DNA of 59,521 bases from NCBI GenBank assembly GCA_964457935.1, contig CAYWFC010000002.1:1-59521 (forward strand), given 5' to 3'. Each line of letters begins with the position of its first letter. Position 1 is the first letter of the stretch. The position numbers were made by a program, and so were the translations under genes. Under the pieces are notes generated by a model. It did no database searches, was not told the DNA's origin, and worked only from the letters and a program-made list of their open reading frames with translations. Of this stretch, positions 8,678-17,300 are shown piece after piece. The stretch is from an uncultured Lachnospiraceae bacterium (GTDB lineage Bacteria > Bacillota > Clostridia > Christensenellales > UBA1242).

Positions 8678-9245
8678 GGCGCACCTTTTTGCGACGGTCG
8701 CGGTAGCAAACCTTGACCAAGAATATCCCCAGTGCAGTCGGCACGAATGTCGCCACCAGCGTAGGCCACAATATGACTGACGGGCTGACACTGCCAGCGA
8801 TAGCGCGCATACCTATGACGGTGGTGGGGAGCAACTGCACTCCAGTGGAATTAATGACCACCAGCATTATCATTGCCTTGGTCGCTGTGCCAGTCTTGTC
8901 ATCCATGCCTTGCATAGCCTTGATGCCGAACGGTGTGGCTGCACTGCCTAGCCCGAGTATGTTCGATGACACGTTGAGACAGATATTTTTCTTCGTCTCC
9001 TCGTCTGTGTGCCCGAATACCCACGTGATAGGCTTGGACAATGCTTGGCTCAGCTTTCGGCTCAGCTCGGTGTCGTCCAGTATCTGCAATATCCCCAGCC
9101 ACACAGCATATATGCCCAAAAACTCTATGCACATCTCTATGCTTTGCTCGCTGGCGCCCATCATCAGCATCACAGTCTGCGCCGGGCTGGTGATGAGCAA
9201 CATCACTATGCTGGCTGTGATCATAAATATCCATATCCTACTCAT
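8670..9245 (-). CDS. spmA: spore maturation protein A
   Basis: MSRIWIFMITASIVMLL..., VSSNILGLGSAATPFGIKAM motif of SpmA/nucleoside-recognition proteins. Paired with spmB. Confidence 0.75.
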   Translation of the reverse strand: MSRIWIFMITASIVMLLITSPAQTVMLMMGASEQSIEMCIEFLGIYAVWLGILQILDDTELSRKLSQALSKPITWVFGHTDEETKKNICLNVSSNILGLGSAATPFGIKAMQGMDDKTGTATKAMIMLVVINSTGVQLLPTTVIGMRAIAGSVSPSVILWPTLVATFVPTALGIFLVKVCYRDRRKKVRHG

Positions 9246-9326
9246 ACATCAATGTATGCGGACAAGCGGTGTTCTATGTCGGTAGGATGCTTGACTTTTT
9301 AGAAAATTTGATATAACATCATATAT

Positions 9327-10079
9327 ATGATAGATACACATTGCCACCTAAATGACGCGAAATACACTGATACGCGCGCTGTGATAGCAGACTGCACGCG
9401 AGACGGAGTCACAGCATTTGTTTGCGTGGGGTATGACGCACGCGCCAATGCGGACGCTGTGGCACTGGCGCACCAGTACGAATGCGTGTATTGCGCTGTG
9501 GGCTATCACCCTGACAATGCTGGCGACTACGACCCTGCCACACTCGAGCGGTACTTGGACGACGATAGAGTAGTGGCTCTGGGCGAGATAGGACTTGATT
9601 ATTATTGGCACGATGATAATAAAGATATCCAAAAATCAGTCTTCGCTGACCAGATAGAAATGGCGAAACGCCACCATTTGCCTATAGTGGTGCACTGCCG
9701 AGACGCGTACGGCGACTGCCTGGATGTACTGCGAGCGCACGCACCTTACCCTGACGGCGGGATATTGCATTGCTTCAGCGGTAGCGACCAGTGGGCGAGA
9801 GAAATAGTGAATTTGGGGCTAAAAATCTCATTTTCTGGCACTATTTGCTTCAAAAATGCGAAAAATTTGACAAAAGTGGCACAAAATATAGATATTTCAG
9901 ATATTTTGATGGAGACGGACAGCCCATATCTCAGCCCTATCAGAGGCACGACGAATTATCCTAAAAATGTGCGTATGGTGGCAGAGAAAATCGCTGAAAT
10001 CAAGTCACTCGACATTGATGACGTCGTAGCGACTCTGGATGATAATGCTAGAAAAGTGTACAAAAAAATAAGTCGCTAA
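9327..10079 (+). CDS. TatD-family metal-dependent hydrolase/DNase
   Basis: N-terminal IDTHCHL, GEIGLDYYW, VVHCRDA, ETDSPYL motifs. Confidence 0.9.
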   Translation: MIDTHCHLNDAKYTDTRAVIADCTRDGVTAFVCVGYDARANADAVALAHQYECVYCAVGYHPDNAGDYDPATLERYLDDDRVVALGEIGLDYYWHDDNKDIQKSVFADQIEMAKRHHLPIVVHCRDAYGDCLDVLRAHAPYPDGGILHCFSGSDQWAREIVNLGLKISFSGTICFKNAKNLTKVAQNIDISDILMETDSPYLSPIRGTTNYPKNVRMVAEKIAEIKSLDIDDVVATLDDNARKVYKKISR

Positions 10080-10094
10080 AATAGCGACTTTTGT
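10070..10094 (+). terminator. terminator overlapping the tatD stop
   Basis: AAGTCGCT-AAAAT-AGCGACTT followed by TTGTC. Confidence 0.6.
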
Positions 10095-10262
10095 CTTATG
10101 TATCTAGAGAATTTATCTTATGTGCATTGATACTTATCTTATGTATGTAACAGAATTTATCTTTCGTACTTTGATACTTATCTTATGTATGTAACAGAAT
10201 TTATCTTTTGTACATTGATATTTATCTTATGTATTGTGATTAATTTATCTTTTGTATGACAT
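10083..10262 (+). repeat. 44-bp tandem repeat, ~4 copies (two alternating 22-bp TTATCTT-containing half units)
   Basis: TTGATAC/TTGATAT phase markers at 10127, 10171 and 10215. TGATACTTATCTTATGTATGTAACAGAATTTATCTT occurs twice exactly. Confidence 0.9.
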
Positions 10263-11121
10263 ATTTATAGCACAAAAGTGCAAAAAAATCAATAAATTTC
10301 GACAAAAAAGTGAGTGGAAAAAATTGGAACACACAAATCATAATTTCAAGAAAAGTTTAGGTCAAAATTTCATTTTTGACAAAAATTTGCTCCGCGCCAT
10401 AGTCTCGGACGCGGACATTGACGACACAGACACAGTGCTGGAGATAGGCGCAGGCGAAGGTACGCTAACTGCTGAGATAGCGTCGCGCTGTGACAGGCTG
10501 TATTCATTCGAGGTGGACCGCGAACTCGAGCCTTATCTCACTGCGGTGAGCGCAGATCACCCCAATCTAACAATAATGTGGCAAGATTTTATGACAGTAG
10601 ATGATGCGTGGTTTGATGACTTTGACCATATCAAAGTCGTCGCCAATCTGCCATACTACATCACCACACCTATAGTATTCAAACTACTCAAACACAGAGA
10701 CAAGATATCATCTATCACAGTAATGGTGCAGAAAGAAGTGGGCGAGCGCTTCGCCAGCCCGCCAGACACGAAAGACTACGGCATCACATCGGTGTGCTTG
10801 CAGAGCATAGCGTCAGTGCGCCTCGTCCGCGTGGTAAAAAAGTCAAACTTCACTCCACCGCCAAAAGTGGACTCCTGCATAGTGAAGATAGACATACGTG
10901 ACGACAGGACCGATTTTGATTTTGATAGTTTTAGCGAATTTATCAAGCAATGCTTCGCCATGCGACGCAAGACTCTCGTCAACAATCTCACCGCACACAG
11001 CGAGTATGACAAATCTCACGTGCTGTCAGTTTTGAGCGAGATGGCACTAGACCCTGCTGTCCGCCCTGAGCATATCACAGTGGATGAATATATAAAAATA
11101 TTTAATTTATTGAAAAAATAA
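10252..11121 (+). CDS. rsmA: 16S rRNA (adenine1518/1519-N6)-dimethyltransferase
   Basis: KKSLGQNFIFD, VLEIGAGEGTLT (SAM motif), VANLPYYITTPI. The TTG start at 10252 lies inside a tandem repeat, so the true start may be the in-frame TTG at 10324. Confidence 0.85.
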   Translation: MYDIFIAQKCKKINKFRQKSEWKKLEHTNHNFKKSLGQNFIFDKNLLRAIVSDADIDDTDTVLEIGAGEGTLTAEIASRCDRLYSFEVDRELEPYLTAVSADHPNLTIMWQDFMTVDDAWFDDFDHIKVVANLPYYITTPIVFKLLKHRDKISSITVMVQKEVGERFASPPDTKDYGITSVCLQSIASVRLVRVVKKSNFTPPPKVDSCIVKIDIRDDRTDFDFDSFSEFIKQCFAMRRKTLVNNLTAHSEYDKSHVLSVLSEMALDPAVRPEHITVDEYIKIFNLLKK

Positions 11122-11164
11122 ATAAAAAATCAAAAAAAATATAAAAAATAGCGTCAAAAATGCG

Positions 11165-11204
11165 AAATACTGAGAAAAAATGCCATTTTCTCAGTATTTT
11201 TATT
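11165..11204 (+). terminator. terminator after rsmA
   Basis: AAATACTGAGAAAA-7 nt-TTTTCTCAGTATTT plus T run. Confidence 0.8.
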
Positions 11205-11384
11205 TATTTTCACACTAATTAATCAATATTTTTTCGGTATAATATATTTAATATTAATTAATATTTTTTTGAATAATTTTCTAATTATTATTCGCGATTA
11301 AGTTGACAATGATTGGTCGAAATATATATAATTATTTATATTTAGCAAATACTATTTTTACGCAGGAGAAATATTAGGAGAGTT

Positions 11385-14300
11385 ATGTTTAGACGAATAC
11401 TAAAAATTGCAAGCATAGTAATGCTGTCAGGCATCGGCGTGATCGGGGCGACTGCTGGTGTGCTGGCTATCAAGGGCGAATTTTCTAACAAGAAGTACAA
11501 GCCCAATGCACTCACTTTCGAGAGCACCGAGATGTATGTGGACAATAGCATGGATGACCTGTCATTCAAGGTTTTTGCCGACTCGACGAAAGTCAATGTC
11601 ACAGATATCACATTGCACATATTGGAGGGCGAAGAACTCATAGAGATTACTTCGGATGAGACCAATATTGATGAGGAGATTACTTTCAGGCTAAAAGAAT
11701 TGAGCGATATCTCTGCATCTTCGTCTAAAGGCAAAGTAGTCATCGAAGCCCGCAACTCTGACAATACTGTCTCTACATATCCTGACAACTTGACCATATA
11801 CGTGGACAGACTGACAGAGGCAGTGTCTATCCAGGACACCAATGACACTAATAATAACCGATTCTACCCAGTGACCGAGCCTGACGGCAGTGTGACGTAT
11901 TACAATGGCAAGATAGGCGAGACCAAGACTATCACTATCAATGTAGGCGATGAGTATCAGCTGACACCATTGTTCTATCCTGCATATAGCAATCATCCTA
12001 TCTCAGAGAAGGACCCTAAGATAGTAGAGTATTATATGAAGGATGAAGAAGAACTAAACGGCACTCTATACACAGACAACAATGGCGTATCCTACGTGCG
12101 TGGCGAACATGCTGGCGACTTCGTCATCAAAGTGGCTACATATGCTTCGTATAGCATCCAAGACGAACTCGAGGCTTCCCGCCCAGCCGAAGAACTAGAA
12201 GTCGAGCGTGACTATCGTCTGAATAGCATGGTAGTGAGCGAGATTAGATTCATAGTGAAGAATATCGACGTGGATAGCATAGTTATGGACGGCTCTGCAC
12301 CAGAATTCAAACTCGGCGAGACGACTAAGGTAGTGCTAAACGACGCCACGCCGAACGCTGGTGTATACAATCTAGGCATCCAACTCTACAAAAACGGCAC
12401 CCCAGTAGAGCAAAAACTAAACGAAATAAGATTCGTAAATGAAGTGCCAAACACTTCTGGCTCGTACTTGACTTTCGTGAATGGCGACGGCAAAATAGTG
12501 AATAACTATTTCGATATCAATTATTCCGGCTCGGGCAACAAGCGTACATTCGAGATCACTCCACTCAGATATGTAGCCAATCTGTCACTAAAATTGACAG
12601 TCATCAATGAGAATAACAATAAATTCGAAAAGACTATTAGCAATATCGGTATAGATTATACTTATGTCGATGCTAAGATAAACAAAGACATCATCATCCC
12701 TATAGGCGAGAGTGGCGTGGGCAATGTCGCGCTAGCAGACTATCTCACTGTGGAGAATGCCAACAATACTTACAGCAAGGTATTGTATTTCGTAGTCGTA
12801 CCGAGCGGTCAAGATAATTATGCAGAGGAAATCCCATTCGACGTCATTCCACGTGTACGTCACAATGGTGACTATCTCATAGGATTTAAGGACGGCAACA
12901 ATGTAGTGCTAGACCAATTACGTTGCAAGACTGGCTCTATATCTACCACTCAGATATATGCCGTAGTAGTGCGCTCTAGCCTAGACGGCGCGAAGATATA
13001 TGATAAAAATGGCGAACCTATAGAAATATCTAATTACATAGACGACCCTGACAATACTACAGGCACGACTGGCACATCCATTATCAACCTAGCATACTCT
13101 GGTGCAGAGGCTGTGGGCAGTGTGGTGTCTAGCAATCACATCAGACACAAAGTCACCCCAGTGTATACTATAGGCGATATCGCCATTTATCTCGAGGGCG
13201 TGACAGAAGACGGCGTGGAGCCAGAGAATACTGACCCTATAGACCCAGTGGACCCAATAGACCCAAACCCAGTGGACCCTGATGTAGACCCTACACCAAT
13301 AGATCCTGTCAATCTAGCAGAGCCTGACCCAGACGACCCTGATAATACAGAGCCTGACAAATATGAATTACACACCACTCCATGGAAACTGCGTGAGCAG
13401 TACAGCGTTGGCGAGGGTAGACCAGAGTCTCCTACACTGGTCATCCGCGACCAAGGCACTATCAATGCTCTAGCATATGCATTGCAGAATGCCAAAGCCA
13501 ATAACTTTAATTACACCTTGAGTGCACGTGCTTACAATGGCAATACCATGATAGGCTCACTCGGCTCAAATGAGATAACTTTTGGCGAATTAAAGCCATA
13601 TACCACAAGTGGCGAGTGGGCTGGCGGAGACATCAAGGATATCGACTGCTACAAATGTACTCTGGATATCAAGAATTATCCTACTCTGACAGGCTTCACT
13701 GATGATACTGTCATTAGATTCTTCTTGAATTATTCATACAATGACTATACATCCAAAGCAGAAGAAAGCGAGACTATCAATATATTGAGCGGAGCAGTGA
13801 CTGGCATCAGCGTGGCAGACGACGACAATGCTATCACTGACATCAAAGTAGAGGCAACTTGGGATAGTGAGAGTAAGACTGCATCTTACAAGATGTACAT
13901 AAATAATGACACTACTGGTAAAGATATAGACATCAATATTGACTTCTTAGCAGAGTACATACATTTCACGCCTGAATACGCTATCAATCAGTCATATACA
14001 TATAGTAGCGACGGCACTTACTTCGAAGTGAGATCTAATGGTACTGACTTCGTGCTAGTATTCAAGAAATCTGGCACTGGCGCATTGACTATCACTTCAG
14101 TCGATAATATCAATAAATTCGCTACTATAAATGTCAATGTAGAGGTGCCAAAGAACGAAATAAAAGGCGACAAAATTGGCACTGCTGGTAATCCTGAGAT
14201 AGTGTATGCTAGTAGCCAAGGTCTGCTTGCATTAGTTCAACCTTTATTGACAGGTGCAGGCATTGAGTTTAGTATAGAGTCTGTGGATGTGAACGGCACA

Positions 14301-17300
14301 TCAATGGCTGATTACACTGGTATAGTGACACTTGATAATAATGGTACGCTGAGTAAAGATAATAAGTATCTAAATGACAGCGTCACAGTGAAGGTAAAAG
14401 CATCATCTATATTCGCTGAAGATAAATATCTCTACATCACTCTCTCGAGCCCTGTCAGTGTAATAGAAAACAGTGATAATAAGACTAATGTAGCATATCA
14501 AGGTACGACCTTCGCTATAGCACAGTTTTTAGACAAAGAGATCACTCCTACTGCGGAAAATAGCACACTGATAATCAGACAAAATGCCCAAAATGTAATA
14601 TTGACATATAAATTAAATGACCAAGACTTTACTGATGATATAGGTAGCACAGAGAATACAATATTAATAGATACCAGTGGTATGGATACTGGCTCGTATA
14701 TATTCAAGATATATTTAGACGGCATATGTTTGAAAGAATATGAATTCCAGATCAAATCTAATGTGGAACTAATCACTAAATATACTGAAAACAACCGTTA
14801 TGTAATGAAGCCGGATGATAGTAAAGATGTTTCAGAATTAGTACAGATAAAGGCATACGATATAGAAGAAAAATATTATGTTTCGTACGATGAGCCAGAC
14901 CAAGAAGTAAAGATTATTAATATAGAACATGGCGGATATCTGACAGTGACTGACAATACTATCACTGCTGGCTGGATAGAGAGTAACACGCAAGACACAT
15001 ATGTATACTTTAATGGCGACGAAAGTCTGAAATTATATATCCGCATAGAGAACGATATGTCTGCTGGTCTGAATGTTAGCGAAGGTACTGCTGCTACTGC
15101 TATAGATATGAGTGGCAAACTCGTCGTTGATGGTGAAGGCTGGAATATATCTAATATCACTGCTGATGACACCAATGTGAAATATATCGATGGTAAATTG
15201 ATATATAACGCATTCGTATCAGTAAACACGACTGTCACTCTGAATGTCACCATAGTGAATGACGGCAAGAAGTGGACGTTTGACCACACATTCACATTTA
15301 CACCACTATTGCCTACTATATCTACTGATGCAGTGGTAAAAGCTGGTAAATCATATAAAATCACTGACTTTATATCTTACAAACTGACATATGATTATGT
15401 AGAAAACTCTGAGATAAAGAGCGGTACTAGAGATGTAACTATCACTATAGGGTCACCGAAAGTCGAACAATTAGAAAGTTTTGACCATATATTTAGTACT
15501 TTGGCTACAAAAGACATCATTAGCGTGAATGTCAACGACCAATCTTCATTCACGATAGGTACTAATGTGGGCAACGGCGCTGAGATCACTCTGACTGTGA
15601 AAGTGGAGTATGAGAACATTAGTTACTTTATAAATGATTTTGCCATTGTGGCAAAGCTTACTGAGGAATTGATAGTCACTTATCCTACTATCACAGACGG
15701 CGCAGAGAATGTCAAAGCAGGCGATAGCATCAATATGTTCGCTATAGACGACCGTTTCGGCTCTAGTTATCAGCGCGTGATACATGGGTCCACCGCTAAA
15801 GTACAGTATCTGGATAGTACATATGAGACATTAGGATACCAAGGCGTGAGCGAACTAGTGCACATTGACGGCGGTGTAGTGACATTCGACAGCGCATTTA
15901 TGAATATGGGCAGTGGCACAGTGACATTGGTCATCACTACCAGCACTGGCAGGAGCGCTAAGTACGTAGTCAATGTCATGGCTGTCAGCGACAAGGAATA
16001 TTCGTTCGAAGGTAAAGACGATGGACAGATAGTGAAAGATAGTGCGACTTTAGACCTAACCGAGTATCTCACTATCAAAGATCAGTATGGCATAGCTATC
16101 ACTGAATATACAGTGGTGGCAGTAGACGGCGCTGAGTATATCAATACCAACAAGATAAATGACGGCGTATTGACTGGTAAAGAAATTACATTCCAGACTG
16201 TATATAGCACTCATATCATCAAATTCGCTATATATATCAATATCAATAACAACATAGTATTCGTAGGCAACTATAGCATTACCTTAGTGCCTGATGTGAC
16301 AGTGACTGTGGATGAAACAGTAGAAGATGAACTAAAAGCAGTTAAAGACCCTATATCTTATGAGTACAAACTGAAACTTATCACAGATGAAGACGCTGAT
16401 TTTGCTGACTTACTCACAGTGACATATGGTGATGAGTCTATCGAAATCAATAACATAACCTGTGATGATAGTGATGACCGTATGGCTATCGATGGTAATA
16501 CTGTCACATTCAGGCCAGTGGCTAGTGAGACTACATATCATCTGCATCTGTATTACATATTGAGTGAAGAAATAGAAAAATATTTCGTCATCGACGTGAC
16601 TGTCACTGTAACCCCAGGTGAGTATTTCAAGTCTGATGTTAAGTCTAATATCAATCCAGATGCCGGCCCAATAAACATGGGTATTGGTAGTGAATGCGAT
16701 AAAGACTTCATCTTGGAAAAAGTATTGGCTGATGACTTCAAGAATACGCTCCTTGATGAATACGGTAAATTAAAAACGAAAGAAATATCTATCTATGACA
16801 AGAGCGGGAACGTGGTAGATGGAAGTTACTTTAGTGCTGTGAATGCGACTACTTATATAGAGTATACTTTCGAGACATCATTTGGTGCTAGACAGACATT
16901 CACATTCGTGGTATATCCTAACATTAGTGATAAGATGGATTATACACAAAGTAAAGGCGAAACATCTGTTAATGCTGTAGAGGCTACGATAACAACTGGT
17001 GATAACACTAATGGGTCTACTATTAAATTGAGTGACTATGTAAATATAAAGTATAGAAATGAAAATAACTATCAAATTCAAGGCATGGCCCTCAATGTCA
17101 CTGTCGCAGACAATGCTTATAAAGGGTATTTGCTAGGCTATGATGCGAGCACCTGTACTATAAAATTCGCGCACAGTGCGATGAGAAAGACATTCTGTCT
17201 CAACATACAAGTGCCATTTGTACAAGTGCCATTTGGCGATAATACGTATTTCGCTGAGATATACAAGCTATGGGTCACTATACCTGCGACTTATGGTATG

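Noticed and set aside
10083-10262. Possible CRISPR array, because of regularly spaced TTATCTT-containing repeats. Similar thoughts arose for 2176-2305, 36240-36360 and 47559-47666.
   Set aside because: The units are contiguous tandem repeats of 18-44 bp with no unique spacers of uniform length. There is no palindromic 24-37-bp repeat and there are no cas genes in the window.
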